Source: a bacterium | GTDB taxonomy: Bacteria; SAR324; XYD2-FULL-50-16; G965216635 | Assembly: GCA_965216635.1 (NCBI GenBank) | Contig: OZ244188.1 | Location: 1,664,001-1,728,000 of the forward strand | Reading direction: 5' to 3' | DNA: 64,000 nt | Made by a program: the position numbers and the translations under genes | Shown here: positions 45,898 through 55,321 of the stretch, piece after piece | Numbering within the stretch: the first letter of the stretch is position 1 | How the letters are laid out: every line of letters begins with the position of its first letter | Notes under the pieces: generated by a model | Database searches by the model: none | Told to the model about the DNA's origin: nothing | Seen by the model: the letters and a program-made list of their open reading frames with translations, nothing else

Positions 45898-46800
45898 TTA
45901 TCTTTCGCAATAGTTTAATACAGCTTGCCGAATTTTACGAAAATCGTTCCACGCTAAACTCAGATTTTCTGGAAATCGTAACAAGAACGCAGGATGAAAA
46001 GTAACTAGGGTGGGTATCTCTTTTTTTTTGAAAGAATAAGAAAAAAGCTCGCCGTGATTTTTTTTAATTCCTCCAACTTCTGAAAAAAACCGATGCATCG
46101 CAACTGAACCTAAAAGCACAATCATTTTAGGGTTTATCAATTCTATTTGTTTATCTAGAATTTCCGAACAGGTTTTTATTTCTTCCTTTTCTGGATTTCT
46201 ATTATTGGGAGGTCTGCATTTGACAAGGTTGGTAATATAGATAGATTCTCTGGCAATGGCTATACTTAAAAGCATTTGATTGAGAAGCTGTCCTGCTTTA
46301 CCTACAAAGGGCAATCCTTGTTGGTCTTCTTGCATACCAGGTCCTTCTCCTATAAAAAGAATTTGTGCTTTTTGGTTGCCCTGTCCGTAGACTATATTTT
46401 TTCTTCCTAGACACAGGTTGCATTTTTGACAATCTTGTATTCTCAAACGCAAAGAATCCAAAGAGCCTGCCTCTTGTAAATTAACTGCTTTTTGCAGAAA
46501 ATCTTTTACCGCAGAAGGTGTTTCTGTAGGAATAGAAGGTTTGTTTTGTTTTATGATGGCGGGTTTGGGCTGTGCTGTAATCAAGGCGGCTGAGGTTTTT
46601 TTGCGATTTTCAAATATACGGGCATTTTGGGTTTTAGCTTCACTTTTAGTTTTACTTTTATCTCCATCAAGGGCGATAGGGATTGTCTCTAAAATTTTTT
46701 GAGGGCTTAGGTAGGTGAATTCTTGGGATATGAAATAAAATTTTAGGTAGTCCTTGATTTCTTTGATTGCCTGATTTTCTTTAATTAAATTTGTTTGCAT
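45898..46800 (-). CDS. Family 4 (Fe-S) uracil-DNA glycosylase with N-terminal extension
   Basis: CQKCNL, FIGEGPG, PFVGKAG, VKCRPPNNRNP, TFHPAFLLR. Confidence 0.93.
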   Translation of the reverse strand: MQTNLIKENQAIKEIKDYLKFYFISQEFTYLSPQKILETIPIALDGDKSKTKSEAKTQNARIFENRKKTSAALITAQPKPAIIKQNKPSIPTETPSAVKDFLQKAVNLQEAGSLDSLRLRIQDCQKCNLCLGRKNIVYGQGNQKAQILFIGEGPGMQEDQQGLPFVGKAGQLLNQMLLSIAIARESIYITNLVKCRPPNNRNPEKEEIKTCSEILDKQIELINPKMIVLLGSVAMHRFFSEVGGIKKNHGELFSYSFKKKEIPTLVTFHPAFLLRFPENLSLAWNDFRKIRQAVLNYCER

Positions 46801-46805
46801 CTTCT

Positions 46806-47183
46806 TTAGGGTGTGAAAAAAGAAATATCTAGAACTCTACGAAATTTTAAATCTTTGGGAATATAGTAAAAATCTATTTCCATCTCCGTTGTCAGTTTGC
46901 TTCTTTTGACACGCCAGCGAGCCTGCCCGCCAACTTCTAAATACAAAAAATTATCATCCTTGACAGCCAGTTGCTCTGCACTTAAAGTGGCTGCTTCTTT
47001 TTTAACGCCTTGTAGCAAAGAATTTAGCTCTAAAAACAAAACTCTTCTTTTTATACGTGCTATTTCTAGTTCTTGTGTGTAAATACTTTTTTGTAGTAAA
47101 ATCGCCACTAAACCCACAAGCACAAAACCCAGAACTGTTAACCCTAAAAGAGCATAACCCTTTTGTTTTTTTAATGGTTTCAT
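46806..47183 (-). CDS. Prepilin-like (minor pseudopilin/PilX-GspK-like) hypothetical protein
   Basis: KKQKG|YALLGLTVLGFVLVGLVAILL: basic leader, Gly, then hydrophobic helix, with no Glu at +5. Confidence 0.5.
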   Translation of the reverse strand: MKPLKKQKGYALLGLTVLGFVLVGLVAILLQKSIYTQELEIARIKRRVLFLELNSLLQGVKKEAATLSAEQLAVKDDNFLYLEVGGQARWRVKRSKLTTEMEIDFYYIPKDLKFRRVLDISFFTP

Positions 47184-47221
47184 TATTAAAGAATGGATTA
47201 AAAAAAATTACTTGCGAAAAA

Positions 47222-48016
47222 TTATTGAGGAAAATCGCTAAATACTAGTTTTCTGTTTTTGTTTTCGGAAAATTTCTGAGTGGAGTAGCAATAGATTTTA
47301 CCTAAGTGACATTCCTGTTCCATTCTTATCCATTGCAACCTTGCAATTTCTAATAGTAAAATAAAAGATATAATTTTGGATTCTATATTTTCAAGCTGAA
47401 TGAGAAACTTTTGTAACATAAAAGAGCCTTTCTGCTCTAACTCGGTTATAATTTGCTGCAATATTTCTTGGGTGCTAATTTTTACTTCGGGAAGCTGAAA
47501 TTCTTCGCTTAAATCTCTGCTTTTTTGCAGCACTTGCTCGTAGACCAAAAGTAATTTAGCGATACTAATTCGGATAAGTTGTTCGTCACTAGTATCAATT
47601 TCTTTTATCACCTCCATTTGAATTTTTTCAGAACGGGTAAAATGATCCCTTTGTAACCAATTCATTTGAGCTAAAACTTCTCCAGCTTCTTTGAATTTTT
47701 TGTATTCTAAAAGTTGCTGTCTCAAAGCCTCTTCTGTTTGTGTGTCGTCTTCTTCCTCATCGGTGGGATTGGGCAAAAGGCTTCTCGCTTTGATGGCAAT
47801 CAAACGGGAGGCGATATAGATAAACTGGCTTGAATTTTCTAGTTGAATTTGGGTTGTATTTTTAACATAGCTTAAAAAAGGAACGCAAAGAGTAGCTAAT
47901 GACAGACTGTGAATATCTAATTTTTTTTTTTGAATCAAATGGAGCAAGATGTCTAAGGGACCTTCAAAAGACTCTAGTTTTACTAAAAGAGGATCAAAAT
48001 TTGGAATAGTTGTCAT
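47222..48016 (-). CDS. scpA: Segregation and condensation protein A
   Basis: FEGPLDILLHLI, IKARSLLP, LLEYKKFKEA, FILLLEI. Confidence 0.93.
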   Translation of the reverse strand: MTTIPNFDPLLVKLESFEGPLDILLHLIQKKKLDIHSLSLATLCVPFLSYVKNTTQIQLENSSQFIYIASRLIAIKARSLLPNPTDEEEDDTQTEEALRQQLLEYKKFKEAGEVLAQMNWLQRDHFTRSEKIQMEVIKEIDTSDEQLIRISIAKLLLVYEQVLQKSRDLSEEFQLPEVKISTQEILQQIITELEQKGSFMLQKFLIQLENIESKIISFILLLEIARLQWIRMEQECHLGKIYCYSTQKFSENKNRKLVFSDFPQ

Positions 48017-48022
48017 AAAAAT

Positions 48023-49309
48023 TTATTCTTCTGTTTCAGGAATATTGGAATCTGACTCTTCTTCTATTTCAAGAATATTGGAATCTAACCCTTCTTTTAT
48101 TTTCTGGCGAATTTCTTTTAAAGGAGTCTTTGTTTGTTTTAGCGCTTTTCTGCTGATTTTTCTTTGCTCTTCTGCTGTACGGACGATTGTAGGAGTAAGA
48201 AATACTATAAGATTGGTTTTTTGAGAAGAGGTTGTTTGATTTCTAAAAAGATAACCTAATAATGGAATATCTCCCAAACAAGGAACTTTCGTTTTATTGA
48301 CTACTTTTTCATCGCTAATTAAACCTCCGAGGGCAATCGTTTCTCCGCTTTTGACAACTACTTGGGTAATAATAGTTCTTTTGGAGGTAATGGGCCTATA
48401 TTCCGTCTCTAAGTCTGCTTGAGCAAAACCCGATACAGAGGTGTTCTCTTGTTTAATTTCCATATTGACATAATCACCTGCGTTAATTTGAGGCAGAATA
48501 TCTAGCAGTATTCCTAAATCTTTGTAAGTATAATTGGGAATTTCATTGTTGTTGCCGTCTCTTGTAATAGAGGTCAAGAAAGGTCTATTTTCTCCTACTT
48601 GAATAGTTGCTTTTTTGTTGTTGAGAGTAAGAATTTTGGGGTTGGAGAGGATATCCACTTCCCTATCTGTGGCAAGTGCTTGCACAAAAGCCGCGTAACT
48701 GAGATAAGGTACTCCATTATAGGTGATGGTATCTCCTATCACTCCAAGTAAGGAACCTGAACCAGCCGCTCTAGCTCCTGCTGGAGTTTGTGCATTGACT
48801 CCTGCAAATCCTCCCGGTGTAGAAATGTTACTCAGTCCCGAATTACTATCGGAGTTTAAAAGTTGATTTCGGCTATACTTCACTCCTAAATTTAAGGTTT
48901 TATTTACTCCTATCTCCACAATTAAGGCTTCCACAAAAACCTGCGGTCTGATCACATCTAAATCTTCTATCGCATTTTTGATAATAGCGTATTGGGAAGA
49001 ATTAGCGTAAATAATGAGTGAATTAGTTTCTTTGTCTGCCACTACGGAGAGTTGCTTATCTGCTTTTTTTTTAAGGTTACTCTGTGCCTGTTGGGTGATA
49101 TTGCCACTTATATTACCCAAAATTTCAGCTAGGTTACTGGCATTAGCATTTTGCACAGGATAAAAATAAAATTTAAATTTTTGCGAACTCTTAACACTTT
49201 GGAGTTGATTCTCCAAACTTTTTTCTAAATTTTGGGAACTCTCTTCTTGAGCAAAAGTCGGATTGAAAGCCAAACAAATTATCCAAATAAATAAATAAAT
49301 TTTTTGCAT
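48023..49309 (-). CDS. Secretin (GspD-like), short form with a single N3-type domain
   Basis: ADKETNSLII, LDVIRPQVFVEALIVE, ILSNPKILTLNN, GETIALGGLI, KVPCLGDIPLLGYLF, LIVFLTPTIV. Confidence 0.9.
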   Translation of the reverse strand: MQKIYLFIWIICLAFNPTFAQEESSQNLEKSLENQLQSVKSSQKFKFYFYPVQNANASNLAEILGNISGNITQQAQSNLKKKADKQLSVVADKETNSLIIYANSSQYAIIKNAIEDLDVIRPQVFVEALIVEIGVNKTLNLGVKYSRNQLLNSDSNSGLSNISTPGGFAGVNAQTPAGARAAGSGSLLGVIGDTITYNGVPYLSYAAFVQALATDREVDILSNPKILTLNNKKATIQVGENRPFLTSITRDGNNNEIPNYTYKDLGILLDILPQINAGDYVNMEIKQENTSVSGFAQADLETEYRPITSKRTIITQVVVKSGETIALGGLISDEKVVNKTKVPCLGDIPLLGYLFRNQTTSSQKTNLIVFLTPTIVRTAEEQRKISRKALKQTKTPLKEIRQKIKEGLDSNILEIEEESDSNIPETEE

Positions 49310-49328
49310 TTTGTTTTTCTACGTATTT

Positions 49329-50057
49329 TTAGGGAAGTAATTTTTTCTCATATCGTAAAATAAAAGCATCTCTTTGTTCTCTGATAAGATTTTGATTATA
49401 TTTTTTTGCCTTTTCTCTAGAACCCCTCATGTTTCCTAGATAAAAATTGTATTCAAAAAAGAAAAATAAAGTAAAACTTGCAGTCTGTCCGTTTTCCAAA
49501 GCATTTAGCATTAAGTAGCTAAAAGCAGCATTCAATAAAAAAGCTGTTATCGCTGTGCCATAATTTCCAGTATAAATAAACCCCGCTCCTGGAAAAAGAG
49601 AAAGCCAAAAGGCTTTTTGAGTTTTAAGTAAATCTTTTTCGGATACAAAATCCCATTTTTCTTCTTGGCTCGCCGCCCAATAAATTTTGGCTTTTTCGCT
49701 CTTATCTTGGCGAAGATAAGCGAGAGACACCAAACTTAAAATACTAATTTTTTCTGCCATTTTCTTTTTTGAAGATGGTTTTTTTAAGTAAATTTGTCCT
49801 AAATTTTCTAGACAAAAAAAATCTTTTAAAAAGTAACAATTTTTGGCTAATAGATTATCTACGGCGGGATTTTTTATTTGATGATAAAATTTTAAACGAT
49901 AAATTTCTGAAATAGAACGATAATAATATTTTTCATAATAAAAAGAATAGGCTAAATCCAATTCTTTTTCTGTTGCTAAACTCAAATTTAAAAAATAAAA
50001 AAAAAATACTTGAAAAAGAAAAAAAAATTTAAATTTCAATAAATAAAATTCATTCAA
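49329..50057 (-). CDS. TPR / membrane hypothetical protein
   Basis: Signal peptide; YYRSISEIYR; LSLFPGAGFIYTG followed by hydrophobic helices. Confidence 0.65.
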   Translation of the reverse strand: MNEFYLLKFKFFFLFQVFFFYFLNLSLATEKELDLAYSFYYEKYYYRSISEIYRLKFYHQIKNPAVDNLLAKNCYFLKDFFCLENLGQIYLKKPSSKKKMAEKISILSLVSLAYLRQDKSEKAKIYWAASQEEKWDFVSEKDLLKTQKAFWLSLFPGAGFIYTGNYGTAITAFLLNAAFSYLMLNALENGQTASFTLFFFFEYNFYLGNMRGSREKAKKYNQNLIREQRDAFILRYEKKLLP

Positions 50058-50068
50058 AATAAAAAGTT

Positions 50069-50737
50069 TTAAGGGATAAGAATTTTAAATTCCTTTTGGT
50101 TACTTAAAACAACGCTGAGTTGATCTGTTTTTTTCCAGCTTAAAAAAAGAGTTGCTTGGGAGTCTTGAAAAATTTCCGAGTGGCTTACAGGCCTATCCGC
50201 CCCGTCTTTTAAAAAACTTATCTTAAAGCTATAAGAGTCTTTTTTTTGCGTTATTGTTCTGGGCTTGTATTCTATAATACGGTAAAAAGCAAGAACATCT
50301 TTTTGATTGTGAATGAAGCCTCCTGCAGAGCGATAGGGTAAATCTTTTTTTATAATTTTTTTTCCGTCGTAGTAAAAAAGAGATTTTTGTGTTCCTGTTT
50401 TTAATAAGCCGTATTTTGGAACAATAAAATAGAATTCAAAACTGGTATTAGGATTTTGGTACAAAATCTCTATTTTATTTTTCAAGTTTTTAAGAATTAA
50501 AAACCGCCCTTTCTGATACTCAAAAATATTTGCAATAGTTTTGTTTTTTACAGAAACCAAAAATTGATTGTTTTTGTTGTAGAGGGCGTTGTTTAGACGA
50601 TTCTCAGGAAAAATTTTATAGCCGTTTTTTAATTCTATCACTCCCTTGTACTGCTCGTTTGTTTTAAGTTCCTGTGCTCCAATTATATAGGAAAATAAAA
50701 AGAGATAAAATATAGGCAATAGTAAGTATTTTTTCAT
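50069..50737 (-). CDS. Exported hypothetical protein
   Basis: Signal-peptide-like N-terminus; beta-rich sequence. Confidence 0.6.
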   Translation of the reverse strand: MKKYLLLPIFYLFLFSYIIGAQELKTNEQYKGVIELKNGYKIFPENRLNNALYNKNNQFLVSVKNKTIANIFEYQKGRFLILKNLKNKIEILYQNPNTSFEFYFIVPKYGLLKTGTQKSLFYYDGKKIIKKDLPYRSAGGFIHNQKDVLAFYRIIEYKPRTITQKKDSYSFKISFLKDGADRPVSHSEIFQDSQATLFLSWKKTDQLSVVLSNQKEFKILIP

Positions 50738-50746
50738 TTAAATTTT

Positions 50747-51400
50747 TTATTGAATAGTTTCAGTACCCTCCTCAGGAATAAAATAAAACAATTTGTCTAA
50801 AAACTCAACATTAGGTTTAAAGTTATTCAAATAGAATTTATTAATTTGTTCGTCTTTATCTAAAATCAAGATTCCTTGAATCCAATATTTTTTTTTATCT
50901 ACTAATAAATGAAATTCTTGGATGTTGATTTCTGCTTTTTTAGGTTTTAGATAAATTTTTTCTTGCGTCTCGTTGGGAAGTAATAGATCAGCGTATTTAG
51001 AGCTACTCACGGGCTCAAAATAAAATTGCAAACCTCCTTTTTTAAAAAAATAATTAAAAACATCTATGCTTGCTATTTTTTCTTTTTTTTCTATACTTAG
51101 ACTATCTAGTAGGGGATCGTAAATCCAGACTTTTTGTTGACCTACTATTATAAGTTGTTTTTCTGGTTCAAAGTATTCCCAACGGAGTAAATTAGGTTTC
51201 TTAAAACGAACGCTACCCTTTGCGGTAATACTCTGCCCTAAACTACTTGTGCTACTTTGCCGAAAATCTGCTTGGAATGTATTAATAGTGTCCCAATTTT
51301 TTTGAATTTTTGAAAGTAAATCATCAGCGAAAAGATTCGCTGTAAAAACAAAATAGGTCAGACCTACAAAAAATAAAATGGAATAGGAGTTTTTTATCAT
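50747..51400 (-). CDS. lolA: Outer-membrane lipoprotein carrier protein
   Basis: TFQADFRQ, KKPNLLRWEY, PEKQLII, VWIYDP, FIPEEGT. Confidence 0.88.
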   Translation of the reverse strand: MIKNSYSILFFVGLTYFVFTANLFADDLLSKIQKNWDTINTFQADFRQSSTSSLGQSITAKGSVRFKKPNLLRWEYFEPEKQLIIVGQQKVWIYDPLLDSLSIEKKEKIASIDVFNYFFKKGGLQFYFEPVSSSKYADLLLPNETQEKIYLKPKKAEINIQEFHLLVDKKKYWIQGILILDKDEQINKFYLNNFKPNVEFLDKLFYFIPEEGTETIQ

Positions 51401-51469
51401 AATTTGCTGGTTTAATTTTTTATAGAGCTATTTTCTTTTTTTAGTTATTTTTCATAAACTTTGCAAGTA

Positions 51470-51568
51470 TTTTCCTACTAGCAAATTTTTTTACTAGCAA
51501 TTTTTTTTACCGGCAAATTTTTTTACCAGTAATTTTTTTTACCAGTAATTTTTTTAACTGGTAAATTT
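51470..51568. repeat. About six imperfect 15-18 bp tandem repeats in the divergent lolA / PHP-dnaB intergenic region
   Basis: T-run + (TACTAGCAA, TACTAGCAA, TACCGGCAA, TACCAGTAA, TACCAGTAA, AACTGGTAA). Confidence 0.72.
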
Positions 51569-51612
51569 CTTTAAAAGATGTTAACCTCTAAAAAATTATA
51601 CAAGCTCTAAAA

Positions 51613-52533
51613 ATGTCACTAGAAATTCCCATAGATTTGCATATTCATTCCAACCACTCCGACGGAAGTGATAGTCCGCAAGAAATTCTTACGCAAGCAG
51701 AAAAATTAAACTTAAAAATCATTGCCTTGACAGATCACGATGCTATCTCAGGCACACTTGCTATGTTAAAATTAAATCCTACAAATATAAAAATCATCCC
51801 CGGCATAGAGTTAGAAACTACTGTGCCTCAATTCCAAAGAACGGTTCATATTTTGGGTTACGGGATGAATAAAAACTTGACGGGTTTTCAAAAAAAATTG
51901 GAAGTATTGCAAATGTATCGTTGGGAGAGAAATGTTAAAATGATCCAAAAATTGCAAAGTTTGGGATTGAGTATAGATATAAAAGAGCTTTGTAGAGGCA
52001 TACCTAATTCTGCTGGTAAAAAAGACGACGATGTTTTAAAATCTGCAGGCCGTCCCCATCTAGCAGACTATCTAATACAAAAAGGCTATTGTTCAAATTT
52101 TTATCAAGTGTTCGCAGAATACCTTTCTGAAACTACAGGGAAGGCTTATATTCCTAAAAAATCCGCGTCTGTGGAAGATTCCATTGCTTTGATTCATCAA
52201 TTTGGGGGGAAGGCTTTTTTAGCTCATCCCAATGCTTTGCAGTTAGAGGACTCAAAAATGGATTTATTAATTCAAAGTTTGAAACAAACCAAATTGGATG
52301 GGGTAGAAATTTATAACTCTTCCATTAAAAAATATAAGTATAGTTGTTTTTTGAAAAAACTAACGCAAAAACACCAGCTACTATTTTCTGGAGGGTCAGA
52401 TTATCACGGTAAGTTTAAGAAAAATATCCACTTGGGTCAAATTTGCCAAGATAAAAAAATAAAAAAAATCACCACTCAAAATGTTAGTGCTTGGTTTGTA
52501 GAAAATTTTTGGAACAATGGAACAACAAACTAA
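51613..52533 (+). CDS. PHP-domain phosphoesterase (TrpH/YciV-like)
   Basis: DLHIHSNHSDG, ALTDHD, GIELE, HILGY, GRPHLA, LAHP, GGSDYHG. Confidence 0.92.
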   Translation: MSLEIPIDLHIHSNHSDGSDSPQEILTQAEKLNLKIIALTDHDAISGTLAMLKLNPTNIKIIPGIELETTVPQFQRTVHILGYGMNKNLTGFQKKLEVLQMYRWERNVKMIQKLQSLGLSIDIKELCRGIPNSAGKKDDDVLKSAGRPHLADYLIQKGYCSNFYQVFAEYLSETTGKAYIPKKSASVEDSIALIHQFGGKAFLAHPNALQLEDSKMDLLIQSLKQTKLDGVEIYNSSIKKYKYSCFLKKLTQKHQLLFSGGSDYHGKFKKNIHLGQICQDKKIKKITTQNVSAWFVENFWNNGTTN

Positions 52534-53902
52534 AATCCCTTTTGACGACCAGATAGAAAAAGCTGTTTTAGGGGCTATTATGCAAAACAACGAAGTTTTG
52601 TTAAACCTCACTAGTTCTTTAAAGAGCAATAGTTTTTATCTCAAAAAACATAGAGATATTTATCAGGTTATGTTGGATCTTTTTGAAGAATCTATTCCTA
52701 TTGACGAAATTATTTTAGGAGAAAAATTAAACCAAAAAGGTATTTTAGAAGATTGCGGTAGCTATCTCTACCTTATAGAATTATTAGATTCGGCTCCCGC
52801 CCCAGAAAATATTGATCATTACAGTAAAATACTACGAGAGCATTTTATCACTCGTGAAATTATCCGTATTTCTACAGAGATTATGGAGAAAACCCGCATT
52901 CCTAATAAAAATGTCCCCGAGCTACTAGAAGGAGCTCAATCTCAAATTGAAAGAATCGCACAAGAGCAAACAGAAAAACCCTACCAAGAATTTAAAACGA
53001 ATTTAGATGAAACTGTCCAAAAAATAAAAGCTCTTTCAAAAAACAAAAAACTCTACACAGGAGTTCAAACAGGTTTTTCCACTTTGGATAATGCTACTTC
53101 TGGCTTACAAAAATCCGATTTAATCATAGTGGCTGCTAGACCGGGAATGGGTAAAACAGCGCTCTCTCTCAACATATCGCAATTCATTGCTTTAAAAAGC
53201 AATCAAGCAGTGGCTTTTTTTAGTTTAGAAATGTCTGCCGAGCAAATTTGCACTAGAATACTCAGTTCTGAATTAGAGATTAGTAGCGACAAACTCAGAA
53301 GCGGTAAATTAGGCGAAGATGACTGGAAAAAGATTAATGAAAAAACAGAGACAATAAAAGAAGCTCCGCTTTATATTTGTGATAAAGGAGCTTTGAGCAC
53401 TTTTGAATTTCAAACTTTAAGTAAGCAAATATACAGAAAATTAGACGGAAACCTTGCTTTAATTGTAGTGGATTATCTACAACTTATGCACTCCACCAAC
53501 AGATACCAAAATAGACAAGAAGAAATCGCAGATATTGCTCGCTGTTTAAAAAGCGTAGCTAAAGAATTGCATATCCCTATTATTGCTAACGCACAGCTAA
53601 ACAGAGATGTAGAAAAAAGAACCGATAAAAGACCAGTCCTATCCGATTTAAGGGAATCTGGTACTTTGGAACAGGATGCGGATATTATACTTTTTATTTA
53701 CCGAGAAGGAGTTTATAATAAAAACTCCACACAGAATCCTGATGTTTCAGAAATTTTGGTGCGTAAATTTAGAAATGGGGAAATAGGAGAGCATTGGCTT
53801 ATTTTTAAAGGAGAATACACGAAATTTATTTCTGTAGATCCGGAATACGCAGCAATACTTAGAAATAGAGGAAAGGAAGAATTTTCAACTGATATTTATT
53901 AA
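52517..53902 (+). CDS. dnaB: Replicative DNA helicase
   Basis: AARPGMGKT, FFSLEMS, VVDYLQLM, AQLNR, RPVLSDLRESGTLEQDAD, KFRNG; no intein. Confidence 0.97.
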   Translation: MEQQTKIPFDDQIEKAVLGAIMQNNEVLLNLTSSLKSNSFYLKKHRDIYQVMLDLFEESIPIDEIILGEKLNQKGILEDCGSYLYLIELLDSAPAPENIDHYSKILREHFITREIIRISTEIMEKTRIPNKNVPELLEGAQSQIERIAQEQTEKPYQEFKTNLDETVQKIKALSKNKKLYTGVQTGFSTLDNATSGLQKSDLIIVAARPGMGKTALSLNISQFIALKSNQAVAFFSLEMSAEQICTRILSSELEISSDKLRSGKLGEDDWKKINEKTETIKEAPLYICDKGALSTFEFQTLSKQIYRKLDGNLALIVVDYLQLMHSTNRYQNRQEEIADIARCLKSVAKELHIPIIANAQLNRDVEKRTDKRPVLSDLRESGTLEQDADIILFIYREGVYNKNSTQNPDVSEILVRKFRNGEIGEHWLIFKGEYTKFISVDPEYAAILRNRGKEEFSTDIY

Positions 53903-53939
53903 ACAAAAAATTATTAAAAAAACCTAAAGATTAAAACCT

Positions 53940-55226
53940 ATGAATGATAATACAGCAACCTTATCCTACAAAGACAAAAACTACGATTTAAAAATTATAA
54001 GAGGCACAGAAGGAGAAGAAGCCATAGATATAAAACACTTGCGGAAAGAAACTGGTTTGATCTCCTTAGATCCAGGTATGGTCAATACTGGTTCCACAGA
54101 AAGCTCCATTACCTTTATTGATGGTGGCAAAGGAATTTTGAGATACAGAGGTTACAACATCGCCGAGCTTTGTGAAAAATCTGACTATCTGGAAGTAGCT
54201 TACCTACTAATTTTTGGAGAACTTCCTCAAAAAAAGGAGCTAGAGGATTTTACCTATTCGGTCACCAGACACACTATGATAAGCGAGGAATACAAAAAAT
54301 ATTTTGATGTTTGGCCCCAAGAGGCTCAGCCTATGGCAATTTTAGCTTCTGCGATTGCTTGTATGTCCAGTTTTTATGCAAATAAAGACGAAAAACACGA
54401 AAACGAAAATGTTTCTATTCTACGTCTTTTGGCTAAAGTTCCCACTTTGGCAGCCTACGCTTACAAGAAATCTATTGGGCAGCCTTTTGTCTATCCCCAA
54501 AATAATTTGAGCTATCCAGCCAATTTCTTAAATATGATGTATTCCATTCCTTGCGAATCTTATGAAGTAGATCCTATTTTTGAAAAAGCGCTCAATCAAC
54601 TTTTGATTCTACACGCAGATCACGAACAAAACTGTTCTACTTCTTCGGTGCGGCTAGTCGGCAGCAGTAAAGTTAATATCTACGCTTCTGTTGCCGCTGG
54701 AATTTTGGGGCTTTGGGGACCCTTGCACGGCGGAGCTAATGAAGCTGTTTTGAATATGCTAGAGCAAATAGAAAAAGATGGTTGCAATGTAAAAAAATTT
54801 ATTGATAAAGCGAAAGACCCTAAAGATTCTTTTCGTTTAATGGGATTTGGGCACAGAATTTATAAAAATTTTGATCCTAGAGCGAGCATTATTAAAGAAA
54901 CCTGTTCTGAAATTTTAGCGACAAAAAAAATCTCTGATTCGCAACTGGATATAGCCCAAAAAATAGAAGAAATTGCCTTAAAAGACGATTATTTTATAGA
55001 AAGAAAACTTTACCCCAATGTAGATTTTTATAGCGGAATTATCTACAGGGCAATGGATATTCCTACCAATATGTTCACCGTGATGTTCACCTTAGGAAGA
55101 ATAGCGGGTTGGTTAGCACACTGGAAAGAAATGTATAAAGACCCGCATTTTCGTATCGGCAGACCCAGACAAATCTACCAAGGTAACACAGAAAGAGCCT
55201 ATGTTTCTATGGAAAAAAGAGGCTAG
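53940..55226 (+). CDS. gltA: Citrate synthase (type II)
   Basis: ITFIDG, LHADHEQNCST, GPLHGGANE, RLMGFGHR, LYPNVDFYSG. Confidence 0.97.
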   Translation: MNDNTATLSYKDKNYDLKIIRGTEGEEAIDIKHLRKETGLISLDPGMVNTGSTESSITFIDGGKGILRYRGYNIAELCEKSDYLEVAYLLIFGELPQKKELEDFTYSVTRHTMISEEYKKYFDVWPQEAQPMAILASAIACMSSFYANKDEKHENENVSILRLLAKVPTLAAYAYKKSIGQPFVYPQNNLSYPANFLNMMYSIPCESYEVDPIFEKALNQLLILHADHEQNCSTSSVRLVGSSKVNIYASVAAGILGLWGPLHGGANEAVLNMLEQIEKDGCNVKKFIDKAKDPKDSFRLMGFGHRIYKNFDPRASIIKETCSEILATKKISDSQLDIAQKIEEIALKDDYFIERKLYPNVDFYSGIIYRAMDIPTNMFTVMFTLGRIAGWLAHWKEMYKDPHFRIGRPRQIYQGNTERAYVSMEKRG

Positions 55227-55321
55227 AAACCTTTTGCATTAGCGTTCCAGTATATTAAATAGACTTTTGAAATTCTTAAAGAAGATGAAATTTGGAAAAT
55301 TATAATCTACCTACATAAATT

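Noticed and set aside
51470..51612. Replication origin next to dnaB
   Set aside because: No DnaA-box cluster is visible and dnaA/dnaN are absent from the window; kept only as an unexplained repeat.
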